Positions 10,644-22,654 of a stretch of 40,607 nucleotides of DNA are shown piece after piece. Positions within the stretch are counted from its first letter, which is position 1. Every line of letters starts with the position of its first letter. Where the stretch lies: positions 62,001 to 102,607 of the forward strand of contig JAVECL010000018.1 of assembly GCA_051942245.1 (NCBI GenBank). Reading direction: 5' to 3'. The DNA comes from Trypethelium eluteriae (lineage: Eukaryota). The translations under genes were made by a program, and so were the position numbers. Below the pieces are notes generated by a model. It saw nothing but the letters and a program-made list of their open reading frames with translations, did no database searches and was not told the DNA's origin.

Positions 10644-12287
10644 ATGAGCACCCTCTACAATCTCGAGCCTCAGCCCACTGCCAAGGCTCTTCTCACTACG
10701 ACTGCTGGGGACATTCTCCTTGAGCTATTTGCGAAACAAACTCCCCTCGCTTCCCGCAATTTTCTGCAACTCTGTCTTGACGGCTATTACGATGGCACTG
10801 TCTTCCATCGGCTCGTTCCGGGCTTCATTATTCAAGGTGGCGATCCCACGGGGACGGGTGCTGGTGGTGAGAGCAGCTATGGAGGCGAGCCATTTGCGGA
10901 CGAATTTCACAGTCGACTAAAGTACAACCGAAGAGGACTGTTGGGAATGGCGAATACTGGCAAGAAAGATGACAATGGTAGCCAATTCTTCTTGACACTA
11001 GACAAAACGGAGGAACTTCAAGGGAAGAATACCATGTTCGGACGTGTGGTAGGCGACACGATTTACAACCTGATGAAGATGGGTGATGCTGAACTGGCGG
11101 ATGATGGGGGAGAGAGACCATTGTATCCCACCAAGATCACTGGCGTCGAGATATTGGTGAATCCATTTGAAGACATGGCCAGAAGAGTGCAGAGTGCACC
11201 GCGAAATGTAGAAAAAGCAGAGAAAAAGAGGCCCAAAAAGAAAGCTGCAAAAAATATGCTAAGCTTTGGCGGGGATATCGATGATGAAGCTGATGTTGCT
11301 CCCATGGCCAAGAAACCCAAGTTCAATCCAAAGCTTGTCAGTGGAGGCAACGAGATTGCTACCGGTTCCGGAAAAGCTCCCACTGTCAGCGCTCGGCAAT
11401 CTGCGACTGCTGTATCGAAACAATCAAAACGGAAAGCATCTTCCTCCCCACCTCCGAAACCATCCGTTGAATCTCAGACCCTCACAAACTCGAAAAGAAA
11501 ACCGACTTCTTCTGATCCTGCCCCTAAGCGCTCTTCTCATTCACCATCTCCCTCGAGCTCTTCCGAACCCGAGCAGGTCTCTTCGATGTCCAGTCTCCTC
11601 TCTAAAACCAACGCGCAGATCGCGGAACTCAAAGCTTCGATGAAACGCAATGTTGGTGGGATCGCTCCAGAGAAGGAAAAGCCAAAATCTGCTCTCGACG
11701 CTATGATCCCTGCCACTTCTTCGCGAGGTAGAAAGCGAAGACACGGAGGTGGAATCACTAACGGGTCGGCGTCAACAAGGGAAGAGAAACGAGCTCTTAG
11801 TGCTTTCAATTCCTTCAGGGAGAGACTTGGGGGCACCGCTTTCGACCCCCCAACTCTATCCAAATCTTTGCGTGACGGAAATACCGGTGTGAACGGAGCA
11901 AACGGCAACAAGGAGGCACTAGCCATCAGTGATGGACAAGCTGACGTGCAAGCCGAGGACGAGGAAGCTAATCTTTGCGATCTGCACTTTATCTCCGATT
12001 GTCAGTCATGCTCGAAATGGGACGATCCTTCTGGCAATCCCGACAATGAAGACTTCTCGAAAGGCGGAGCAGACTGGATGAAACATAGTCTGAGTTTTGC
12101 CAAAGATAGATTGGGTAAAGACCTGGAGTGGAAGAGGAAGAATGAGGAGGACTTAGTAGTGATTGATCCGCGAGAGAAGGAGAAGGGGATGAAGGAGGAA
12201 AAGAAAGATCATGACAAAGAGAGAGGTGCTTGGGGGAAGAGTGCGGGTAGAGTTCGAGGAAGAGAAAGGGAAAAGGCGAAAGGATGA
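10644..12287 (+). CDS. CWC27: Cyclophilin-type PPIase, spliceosome-associated
   Basis: MSTLYNLEPQPTAK, FHRLVPGFIIQGGDPTGTG, DEFHSRLKYNRRGLLGMAN, NGSQFF; C-terminal CDLHFISDCQSC and WMKHSLSFAKDRLGKD typical of fungal Cwc27. Confidence 0.95.
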   Translation: MSTLYNLEPQPTAKALLTTTAGDILLELFAKQTPLASRNFLQLCLDGYYDGTVFHRLVPGFIIQGGDPTGTGAGGESSYGGEPFADEFHSRLKYNRRGLLGMANTGKKDDNGSQFFLTLDKTEELQGKNTMFGRVVGDTIYNLMKMGDAELADDGGERPLYPTKITGVEILVNPFEDMARRVQSAPRNVEKAEKKRPKKKAAKNMLSFGGDIDDEADVAPMAKKPKFNPKLVSGGNEIATGSGKAPTVSARQSATAVSKQSKRKASSSPPPKPSVESQTLTNSKRKPTSSDPAPKRSSHSPSPSSSSEPEQVSSMSSLLSKTNAQIAELKASMKRNVGGIAPEKEKPKSALDAMIPATSSRGRKRRHGGGITNGSASTREEKRALSAFNSFRERLGGTAFDPPTLSKSLRDGNTGVNGANGNKEALAISDGQADVQAEDEEANLCDLHFISDCQSCSKWDDPSGNPDNEDFSKGGADWMKHSLSFAKDRLGKDLEWKRKNEEDLVVIDPREKEKGMKEEKKDHDKERGAWGKSAGRVRGREREKAKG

Positions 12288-12730
12288 TGGCAATAGGCCC
12301 GCCCGTGTGACGCCACTCGAACAAGAGACCAGCATAGACGTTACCCAATTATTTATACGCAGTGCGTTCAAAGACCTTGGCTCGAATGGATAGAAAGCCT
12401 GTGCCTTCTTGACACTTGCATTCGTAGCTTGTCCCAAAAGCTAGATCAAAGAGCTGAACGTCTTCAGTCTATTCCCGCTCGCAAGTTCGAGGAAGGATCA
12501 AGCCATTACCCTATTTTTATTGCATTTGGGATCCAAAAATTGGCTGAAGCAATACCTATGGAGGGTTCTTCCGACTACAAAGAGGTTGAAAGAGCCAGAG
12601 ATCCGATGTCGCCGTTTTGGCATGACTAAAATCCAAAGAACAAAACCTAACCAGTCATTATCGCCAGGACCTTCCTTCCATAAGCCGTGGTTTCCCTTCC
12701 CAACTTTCCTGGCCTACCTTCCTTCTGACC

Positions 12731-13887
12731 TTAGTAAAACATACCCAGGCCATCATCCTGATACTCGCTGCGCTCACTCTCCGCCTCGTCATATTCATCT
12801 TCCTGCACTCCACTCTCCAGCTTCACCTGACTAGCCGCAGCGACGCCTCCACGACCGCCATCATTCGTCGTCGCGCCCCTCTCCTGACGCTCAACCGACA
12901 GACTACTCGAGGCACCACCCACTCCGCCAACCCCAGCGCCGCTCCCAAATCCGCCGTAGAAGTCGACCTCATAATCTTCCAGCCCACCCATCATTCCCAT
13001 CCCAGATCCATCAAGAGGAATACCTCCAACTTCAGCATCCAACCCATCCACAAAATCCCAGTCTCCGACCGACGGCGCTCTCAGCCCTTCTGCTTTCGCC
13101 GTAGGAGCAGCAGCAGCAGCACTATCACCACGGCGGCGTTTAGAGACCGGCGTCGGAGTCGAGGTGGCCGCCGTCGCCGATGAGGGAGTGCCTGCCATAG
13201 TTTTGGAAACGGGGCGCCGCGGAGGCGTCGAGAAGGGATCGCGATTAGCAGCGGCACCAGAACTAGCGCCCAGTCCACCAGTGTTGTGGAAACCCGGCGA
13301 GGAGAGTCCAAGGGCGCGGGCTTCGGCAGCGGAGACATGCGGAGAGATGAATTCGTCGTCGTCGGAATCGGGGGGTTCTTCTTTCTTAAAGCGCTTGCGC
13401 TTGTTGCCGCTGCTGGGTGTGGTACCGCTGCCACTGGCAGTTTCAGTTTTAATCGGGGTGCCTGCGGTGGAAGCGCTGTTGTTTATGGGTTTCCTGGGTC
13501 GACCTCGAGTTTCGCGCTTGGGACCGTCGGGGCCTGTCTTGGTGACGTTGAAATCTTCGTGGGTGTAGTTGAAAGTACTCCGCAGTTTGACGAGACGTTC
13601 GGACACGGCGCGCCATGTGGGCCTTGGAGAGGAGTCGTCATCGTCAGCTAGTGGGGGTGAGAGAAAGTTAGTAGGAGGGAAGTGAGATAACGCGGTTGGG
13701 AAAATGAAGAGAGCCATACGCCATTGGGCAGCGACTTTGACCGAGTCGATTGCAACTTTGTGCGTCTTCAAGACGGTGAGGAGAAGCTACAGAAATGTAC
13801 ATTAGAGTGATATCAATGTCGTTGAAGTGTCGTATGTTTTTCTGTACTTACACGACGGTCATTCTCGATACTCCATCTGATTGGCAT
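12731..13887 (-). CDS. Fungal Myb/SANT-like small-domain protein with AT-hook and disordered acidic tail, 3 exons
   Basis: Exon 1 (13852-13887) MPIRWSIENDRR, intron 13787-13851 (GTAAGT..CTAAT..TAG), exon 2 LLLTVLKTHKVAIDSVKVAAQW, second intron (GTATGG..CTAAC..TAG), then PRPTWRAVSERLVKLR..TRGRPRK..KRKRFKKEE. Confidence 0.8.
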
Positions 13888-15288
13888 CTTGACTGAAACA
13901 GCAATGGAGTAAACGTGGTCAGAATGAAGCGGTAGTAGTAGAAGTTGGAGGAACTAAAGTTTGCAGGGCAACTTCGAAAGCTCCGAATGAGATTCTGCTT
14001 AAGTAGAGGAAGTTGAAGGTTGCGTGAGGAGTGGTGGGCAATTTAAGTGATACACCACGGAAGGTTAGACTTGGGCGACGACAATCCAAGTCGAGTAGGA
14101 GGCCGGAGAAATGAACTCCTTCAGTCATCAGCCCGAGTCTTGTGAGAATGATACCCGTGGGGGTCCCGGCTTGCAAGGATGTTTTGATGTGATCAATCAC
14201 TTGAGCATAGCTTTTGGCACGAAACGTCACTTCTCTCGCCCCTTGTGTAACGTTAGGAAAGATGGTACACCACAGATCACTTCATCCTCCAGCCACACAT
14301 GTATGACGACTGGATTTCTAAGCCTCGAGGCTTGAAGTCAACGAGGAGCCTAAAGTAAGTATACCTTTGGATCGAATGGAGGCGTTTCATCAAAATCTTC
14401 AAGATCTCGAACCATGGAGTAACATTGTCTGCATATTAAATATGCTCAATTCGCTCACTTCATCAAGTATATCACGCTACAGCTCCCACAGTAGTAGGTA
14501 TGTGCGACATCTTGCAGGTTCGCTTAGAATTTGAGTCATAGATGCATTTGCAGTCGGCGAGGATAGCTGCAAATGCTTCAAGGATGGTCAAGGCAACAAC
14601 TATTCTCAAGCTCATCCCTTGTCTTCTTCAGACTATATAGATATACTTTCTGCCTTGCAGCTATTCCCATCAAAAGTTAAAAAGTGATCATGCAGCAGCT
14701 TACAAACGTTGCATACGTGGATTGAGTCAACCGCCTATCGCAGCTTTACAGTATGCGATCGGAAAACAATACTCTCAACCTGTGCCACAAGTCGTGACCC
14801 GTGCTACCAGTCGCGTATCAAAGATTATAGAACAGGTGATAGGCTTTCATTGAACACTCTGTGACCCACATCACAGAGAAGGATAACGCCTCCAGACAGC
14901 CACTGGTCAATAGGTGTGTAGGATGACAACATTTTGGTGAATCGCGAATATCCAACACTTAGGTTAGCACTGTTTCTCTTCGCTTTCACGGAGCATAAAC
15001 ATCACTGATACGGTACTCACCTGCTTATCTCCAAACTTCATCGTATTGACCCACGATCCACAATATACTCTTGACGAAAAACAGACTTGACTCGCAAGAT
15101 TCAATCTTTTGCCATCAACTTGCAGCACATAGTAAGTGCTTTTGTTCACATTTCATATCGTGTATTGACACCATCTCAGACAGGACCGCCGGAGGCCTTT
15201 TTCTAGTCTTCAGTAAGTGAAGCTCAGAGTCCCTGGCATCCGTCGCGGTCAAGTAACGCCTTCAGTGCCTCGAGCAGACAAGGACCCC

Positions 15289-15862
15289 ATGCCACGCAAG
15301 GGAACATCGACGACCATTAACTGGTCCGATGAGGAGAATCAGCGTCGTTTACTGGCAGCCATGTACGCGGCATGTACGGGTGCTAAGGTAGGCACGCTCT
15401 CCATATATCATCCCATGACATCATCCAGCTTCTACATCAGTCCCTTCTACATGCGTCTTGAACATTCTTTGCAGCCCACCTACTGATAGCTTACAATGTC
15501 GAACAGCCTAATAACAAAGATATTGCGAAGTTCTTTGGCAAAAACGCAACTGAAAGCGCGATCAACAACCAGATGCGTAAAGTCAAAGCCCAGGCAAAGC
15601 AGCTAGAATCGGAAATCAGCGACGACTATGAAGTTCCTGTGCGCCAGGGTGCAAGTAAACGCAAGGCGAAAAATGGCGGTAAAGTCTTCCCCTCCATATA
15701 TTCGCAGAAGCTAATCGCCACTGGCGGGATACAGAAACCCCTGTCGCCAAGGTCGTCAAACCGAAAGCGAACGTTCTCGTCACCCCTTCTCAGACCATGA
15801 AGGATAAGTACGAGGAGGAAGTCGAGGATGCAGCCGAATACGAATCTGGGGATGCCGAATAA
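15289..15862 (+). CDS. Small fungal Myb/SANT-like-domain protein, 3 exons
   Basis: MPRKGTSTTINWSDEENQRRLLAAMYAACTGAK | intron 15388-15506 | PNNKDIAKFFGKNATESAINNQMRKVKAQAK..KRKAKNG | intron 15679-15734 | ETPVAK..EEEVEDAAEYESGDAE* (TAA 15860-62). Confidence 0.75.
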
Positions 15863-16753
15863 AGGTTCCCTCTCGCACCGCTTTCCTGCTGAATCCAGTC
15901 AATGGCATCGGGCAAAGGAGTGCATGGAGAAATGAGACACAGATGCTTTGCGGAAGCTCTCTTCTACTCCATCAATGTATCGAATGCAGGGCTCGCGAGG
16001 ATATAATGATGGTGGAAGCCTGATTTTGCTTCTTCCGATGTTGCGGTTGACGAGCTTACTATGATGTACCGTGCTGCGCAATAGAACGGCATCTTCACAT
16101 AAGTGACCCGTCTACGAGTTTTTAATGCGATGCTGCCTTTAGAATTACGGCCACTGCCTCATTCAGAGATTCCATATGGAAAACTCATAGGCTGATCTGA
16201 GTCGTCGGATGCCGCTCGAAGCAATAGGAACGGTGACATCTTTGCGTCATCGCGTGCAGCTACATTCCGCCCAAAGCTAACTCAGATGCGATGTTCAGGT
16301 ACCGTCCACGATGTCTTAGGCATCAAAAGATCTCGCCAAGTCATTGCACCTTGTTAGCTTGTCGAGTAACCTGGTTTGGACTCGGATCGGTAAAGTGTAA
16401 GTACACTCGTATGAGATAGCCGTTCTCGGACTCGCATTCAATGATCGCTTAAGATCTGGGACACAAAGATGCTGGATGCAAGTGTCTAGTGCTGGAATAT
16501 GTAAGGAAGCTTGTTCGAGGAATCAATCGCATCTCGAATGTCGATGGCGAACGGAGTTATTAATGGTGTAAAAAAATTTGTGTAGAGTCCCGAAGTCGAG
16601 GCTTCTGCTGCACATTGGCATACATTCTTGGCTGCTTGGTAGAGTCGTCATTTAGACACATCAGACCCTTTCAAACATCGGAAATATCAACTTTCATCGT
16701 TGGAAAGGAGTGTCTAAAAGCTAAAGATTTGATAGACTCTCTGTTCAACTCCA

Positions 16754-18591
16754 TCATATTTCCTTGTGTGTGGTGCTAAGATCCTGTATCTTTTCAACAT
16801 CGAAACCCGCGTGTATGTTGGTGGTCATGCCCGTATTCTTCTCTTTCAGCAACGCAAAATTGCGCTCAGCGTCCCAAACCCAAGGAGAGTCTGATGCGAA
16901 CAGGAAGTCCATTTCTTCTAGTGTACGCTGACTCGACTCCGGATATAGAGCCCAAACTATGAGAAAGGTTAGCAACGAGTACCGTCCTTCTATCGCAGCG
17001 CTCGCCTTACCTAAAGGGATACTAATAATATTACAAGCCCCGAAGATGTACAGAAGCTTTTCGTTGATCACACTGACGATATATGGAAGAGCAAGAGTCA
17101 AAGATCTGATGTTATGTCAGAAAGCATGAATTGAGTCGTCATCTGGGGTGAGATGTTACCCATTTCCGATACTCCATCCAACAACACCCCAAGCATTCCC
17201 CTTTGCACGGACGTGCAGAGGAAATATTTCGGCCGGATATAGCCAAGGCACAGTAAGCCAGGTGGCCCCAAAGATGAAAGTATAGAGATACACCATCGAA
17301 GCGGCAGCAATTCCCCACTGACTTGCAGCATGCGCATCGCCAGATGCCGTAGCGGTAAGTCCGAGACGACAGAAGGCTCCCACTAGGAACATTGCAATCG
17401 CTTGTCCAGTTGCCCCCCACCACAAAGTCCAACGTCGACCAATTCTATCCAAGGTATAGACACAAATCAGCGTTGAGAACATGTAAAAGATATTGTTGAG
17501 ACCAGAGACCCATTGTGCTTTCGTGGAGGTGAATCCGGCAATTCCAAAGATTGCTGCAGAAGGTTAGCAATTTTCTAAACCAAAATACTTGGAGAGACTT
17601 ACTTGGCCCAAACATGGTGATGCCAGCGATGCCGGTCCAGTCCTGCATAATCTGTAGCCACATTACGAGCTGTACCCTTCGGCCAATGTGCAACTTCTCG
17701 GAACCCAGACCAAACAACATATGGAAGTATGTCGTATGTTTGGCGGTCTTCTTCTCCAACTCCACTACACTAATGATGTCGTTTAATTCTGCTTCAGCTT
17801 TACCAGCATCCGTGCCCTGCTTTCCTCGCAGTCTTTCTAGGACGAAAAGGGCTTCATCATTTCGACCCACTTTGCAAAGCCAACGTGGAGATTCTGGAAA
17901 GGCCCAGCAGAGAAGGAGCAAAAGTAGAAATATGATTTGGAATGCGATCGGAAAGCGCCATCGGACAGGCGACCAGCCGTTATCCATGAAGCTGACGGCG
18001 TACTCCAGCCAATATGCAATAACAACCCCAAATATATTGAGAGTGAACTCGATAGCGATGAATTGGCCACGGGAGGTGTGTTCAGAGATCTCGGAAGCCC
18101 AGGCTGGAACAATAGCATTGAGAATGCCAGTACCGACGCCATTGACCAAACGTGCGCATATCATCCAAGCATGGTTCTGTGCAGAGCATTGAAGGGTTGC
18201 CCCAAGAATTGCCCACGCTGCACCGAGCCCAATGGTGTTGATTCTGCCGTAACGATCGCCCACCGATCCTCCGAGAAGGCAGCCCAAAAGTGTGCCCAGA
18301 TAATAGACTGAGACAATGCCACCCTGAAGTAATGTACGAGTAATGACGGGATTGCCTTCGGCGTCGATATATCCAAGTCCCATTTCGCGGATGTAATCAT
18401 TGGACTCATTGACACCACCCATCATGCCTTGGTCATACCCTAGACTCCTCTGTTAGCTTTAGCAATCCGAAAGGAAAAGTGGTTCTCTAACCAAAGAAGA
18501 GGATCGCCAGGCCAGCAAGACAATTAACGGCGATAAGTAACTTGCGTTTCTCCAACTTCGACGCAACCATCCATGACTTGCGCTGATCCAT
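16754..18591 (-). CDS. MFS sugar porter (STL1-like sugar/polyol transporter), 5 exons
   Basis: ATG 18591, LAILFF|GYDQGMMGGV, GDRYGR, ARLVNGVGTG, PESPRWL, DRIGRR, PWLYPAEIFPLHVRAKG, YPES.QRTLEEMD. The spliced frame appears intact. Confidence 0.93.
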
Positions 18592-18873
18592 GTCTTCTAT
18601 CCTCTAAAGGTAGAACAGACTCTTTCCCAATCCACGCAAGTTAAGTTGTCTAATTTGTGCTCGCATGCAAGATCGAATAGAGAGACCAGCATGGGTTAAT
18701 CGTTCATGGGGATTGATGGGCTCCTTTCTTGTCAGTTATATATCCATGGCGATTTGCTCCTTACGAAGCTAATGTTTCTTAGGGTTAGGTACGCACCACA
18801 ACCGTAAGCGCCACGGATACAGGGTCATATTACGTACCTAGAGGTTAATCGGGGGGGTGACTGCCTCCGGCTC

Positions 18874-18882
18874 TCGTTACGA
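18874..18882. promoter_or_regulatory. TCGTNACGA palindrome upstream of the MFS transporter
   Basis: CCGGCTC-TCGTTACGA-G, about 280 bp upstream of the ATG; the motif recurs in other cluster promoters. Confidence 0.5.
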
Positions 18883-19111
18883 GTCCACTGTTGTAGACCT
18901 TCTCTCCAAAATCGACTCCGAGACCTCTCGAACACCCTGTCCTCTAAATGTTCAGACGCTAAACCGGACGGCCAAGTTCTTGGGCTCTATATCCGATCTC
19001 TAGGATGACACGGTGTCAAATGGAAGGAAAGTCGGTCACCTCGCATCACCAAACCAGAGTAATGTTCCGACGTAGACCTAGAAAGATATACAATGATGTG
19101 CGAGTGCAACT

Positions 19112-20182
19112 TCAGTGAGTCCTTCCTCTGACTGCACCTTCAATGCCGTCTAAGTCACTATATAATCTCCACTCATAATCAAGACTGGGATCATTGAATC
19201 GAGCTTTTGCATCCAGTGCTTCAATCTCATGCAAATCCTTTGGGTCCAATACAAAATCCGCCCCGATATTCTCCTCCAGCTGCCAATCTATGATACTTTT
19301 GGGAATGATTGATCGGTGGTTATTGACGCCCCATGCCAACGCTATTTGCGCTGCACTCTTGCCATACTTCGAGGCCAATCCTTTGAGAAGCGGTTGGTCT
19401 ATCAATCGCACCATATGCGATATCTCCTTGCTCCAGCCGGTCTGTCGATAGAAGTCGTTCATGTTTCCCAGTGGACTGAATTGCACGACGTGGATGCCTT
19501 TGCTTCGCAGCCATTCATTGAAAGTCTTCTGCTGCAAATATGGGTGGACTTCCATTTGGTGCACTGCAGGCACCACTGTAGCTTCTGTCAATAGCGTCTC
19601 AATTTCTCCCTTGCTGAAATTCGAGACCCCAATAGCTTTTGCTCTTCCTGTCTTCATCAACTTTTCCATCGCCTTCCACGTGTCCACAAAGCTCGTTTCC
19701 CCATGGATCATCTGCCCGTTGGCATTTCGCGGAAATCGCTCATAGCCTCTCGCAAACGTGCAAGGGTAGTGCATCAATAGCAGATCGACATAAGGCGTAT
19801 CCAGATCTCGCAAAGAATCATCCAAAGCACGAGGTACATCGTCGGGATGGAAGTCATTGCACCATAGGTTCGTACCAATGAACAGCTCCTCTCGAGCGAC
19901 GCCGCTTTTCTTGAAGCCTCTTCCCACTTCCTTTTCAATGTTGTAGACTCGTGCAGTGTCGATCAAACGAATGCCCCTTTGCAGAGCTCGACAAACTGTC
20001 TCCTCTTGAGCGTTCGCATCTTGGAATGCGCCAATGCCAATAGCGGGTATCCGATCTCCTGTATTCAGAGCAAATGTTGTTGCCGTCTGCAGGAAATGTC
20101 CTTGTGAGAAGTACCGGGTTCGCGAAGTTGATTGCACCTTTGGAGGATGAGCTGCTCTCAACACTGTCAGTCTCGATAACAT
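19112..20182 (-). CDS. Aldo-keto reductase with N-terminal mitochondrial-presequence-like extension; catalytic Lys replaced by Asn
   Basis: LNTGDRIPAIG, IDTARVY, IGTNLW (normally TKLW), DLLLMHYP, AIGVSNF, HQMEVHPY, IIPKS. Likely ATG at 20182 (MLSRLTVLRAAH.., Arg/Ser-rich, no acidic residues). Confidence 0.9.
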   Translation of the reverse strand: MLSRLTVLRAAHPPKVQSTSRTRYFSQGHFLQTATTFALNTGDRIPAIGIGAFQDANAQEETVCRALQRGIRLIDTARVYNIEKEVGRGFKKSGVAREELFIGTNLWCNDFHPDDVPRALDDSLRDLDTPYVDLLLMHYPCTFARGYERFPRNANGQMIHGETSFVDTWKAMEKLMKTGRAKAIGVSNFSKGEIETLLTEATVVPAVHQMEVHPYLQQKTFNEWLRSKGIHVVQFSPLGNMNDFYRQTGWSKEISHMVRLIDQPLLKGLASKYGKSAAQIALAWGVNNHRSIIPKSIIDWQLEENIGADFVLDPKDLHEIEALDAKARFNDPSLDYEWRLYSDLDGIEGAVRGRTH

Positions 20183-20762
20183 CACGACGGCGAACTTCTT
20201 GCCACGGATCAGAGGGATGGACGAGATGGTACAAACCTCCAAGATCACTACGCGATAGTATAAAGCAGCTCTCGTAGCCATTCACCAAAGCCTGTTACGA
20301 CGTAGTCCCGGCGTCGTATTGTGGATAGTGAACCTATTTCCTCGGCTAGGGAACCATGTCCGCCATTCTTGGAATCCCCCGGACCGACCGTGCTCGAGCG
20401 CAACCTCGTCTCGGAGCCGAGCAACGACAATGCTAGGACCGACGATGCGTCCAAAATCTGTCTTCCTTGCCAACTCTATTTCGGCGTCGTCAATAATTGC
20501 CCGTCCACGGATGCGATCAGCAAGGGATTCTAATGGGTTACCAGCATTCTGGACTCTCATATCTGCCCGCAGTAATGTCGCTATTATGCGTGGCTCAACG
20601 TCAGAGTGCTAGTTTTCTCATGATTGCTTTCCCATATTAACTGCGATCCTGCGCTCTGCAAAATGATTTCTTTTCATCCGTGCATCCCATTGAAGGATCC
20701 ATACACTATTAGACGATTCATTGTAAACTCACTGGCCTGCGACACAGCTCGACATTCTGGCT

Positions 20763-21775
20763 ATGGCTGCAAACCACAATGATAACGGCACAAACGGCTA
20801 TATTACCAACAGTACAGCGGCGACACCGGCAACAACGCCTTGCATGGCGATCTCTCTAGCAGGCATGGTCATTGCAAGTAAGCTTTCTCGATAACAGATT
20901 CAATCCATGAGGATGTCGGCGCTGATACGAAGGCAGTAACTGGCGCCAACAGAGGTGAGCACAAGATGTTTCCGCAGTATTGGAATATCTCCTCATCGTA
21001 GACTGCAGGCATTGGTCTGGGAATTGCAAATTCTTGCTTAACCAATGGCGCCGAGCATGTCTTTTCAATTGATATTGGCGACACTGGTGAGGACTTCCTC
21101 GATGTGCAGAAGCAATTCCCCGGGAAACTCCACGCTATAAAGGCCGATGTGACGAAAGAAGACACAATCATACAAGCTCTTGATAGCATAATCGAGCAAG
21201 TAGGTAGTGTGAATGGCATGGTAGTTAATGCAGGCCGGACGAAACACAAGCCTGCACTTGACTTCACTACCGAGGAGATTGATCAGCTATGGTCTATCAA
21301 CCTATACGGGTCGTTCTACTGCGCACGAGCAGCAGCGAGAGCATTCATCAAGCAAGGAGTCAAGGGCTCCATTGTTTTTACCGCTTCGATGGCCTCGTAC
21401 CGTCCTAATAAAAGAGTCCCTTCTGCTCCTTATGGAGCAAGCAAAGTTGGCGTTCGCAACATGACTCATACACTAGCTATGGAATGGGCGCAATACAATA
21501 TTAGAGTAAACTCTGTCTCCCCGGGACTAGTGAATACTGCTATGACGTACTGGGTACCTCAACAGCCAGACTGGAATCAGCAACTGAAGTACTATGGCGG
21601 AATGCCAAGATTGGCTGAAGTTGAGGAATTGGGAGGGGCGTATGTGTACCTCCTGAGCGATGCTGCCAGCTACACGACGTCGATCGATATACCTGTCAAT
21701 GGCGTCATCGGAAGTGAGTGCTCTCTTTCCCATTCGAATACATCCGTACTGATAGGTAGCTGAACAGTCTGTTGA
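20763..21775 (+). CDS. Short-chain dehydrogenase/reductase (sugar/polyol reductase-like), 4 exons including an 18-nt micro-exon
   Basis: ATG 20763; introns 20878-20936, 20955-21008 and 21714-21767 assemble ITGANRGIGLG, VVNAG, TASMAS, YGASK, IRVNSVSPG, ..GVIGIC*. Confidence 0.9.
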
Positions 21776-22318
21776 ATTGCTAACTTTGACTGCTCTGAAA
21801 GAATGTATTGGCGATTAGGGTATTGTCTGGCATATGTTTCTTGCTTCAGGTTCAAATCATCGGTGAGATATCTACGGTATAAGTCTCATTCTTGTGGAAT
21901 TTCGCAATGCGCTATCTTCTCAAATTAGTTAGATTCCGAGCTGTTGCAAGCCGGGCTTTTATATTATCGTTGCGCCGGGCATTTAGATAGAGACTTATTC
22001 TTTGATCTTACTTAGAAAATTGACGACTTCAATACTTGTATGCAGGAAAAGTACCTAGTCATACTTTTCGTGAATGCATGAAGCAGCTTCAATTCCCAAC
22101 TCTGTTGATGCAGAGTCTGCATAGTGTGTCCGACTCAATATGACTGTTCCAAGCTGCAGTGGTAGCGAGATTCAATCACTTTACAATATGTAAATATGCA
22201 GATGGTATGGAGGATTACGTTTAGGATAGATGTGCTTACCTGTGAATTACTACAAGTTAATTTTTAACGGGACGAATTGTCAAACTGGCAGACTTCAATA
22301 CTGTTGCTAGCTGCTGCC

Positions 22319-22327
22319 TCGTAACGA
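22319..22327. promoter_or_regulatory. TCGTNACGA palindrome upstream of the aldolase
   Basis: C-TCGTAACGA-GCCGG, about 330 bp upstream of the ATG. Confidence 0.5.
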
Positions 22328-22654
22328 GCCGGAAACCCTTCTTCGTGCGCGTGGCGAGATACGAAGCTCGGGTCGTTGAAGCCCAAATAGGGTATTAGAT
22401 GCGTAGATAATCAGCTCTGGGTCAAGACAAGGCTACGAGACGCGGTGCTCAACGGACGGACGCGATCTAGCCGGCTGGGAGAATAGTACTTCTGCTTGTG
22501 ACGCTTCATCTTTGGACTCGAACTTATTGAAGCTCCTTAGCCAACTAAGCAGCGAGCTGCTGAAATGAGACTTGAGACTGACAATGTATTCGTGGGCAAT
22601 AATGTGGCATTGCTAACTCTCCACCATTACATTTACAACACGCAAGCGTGCAAG

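Noticed and set aside
17551..18192. 213-aa plus-strand ORF
   Set aside because: Antisense to the MFS transporter; no independent features.
18779..18789. TTAGGGTTAGG telomere-like sequence
   Set aside because: Under two units; expected by chance or at most a single factor site.
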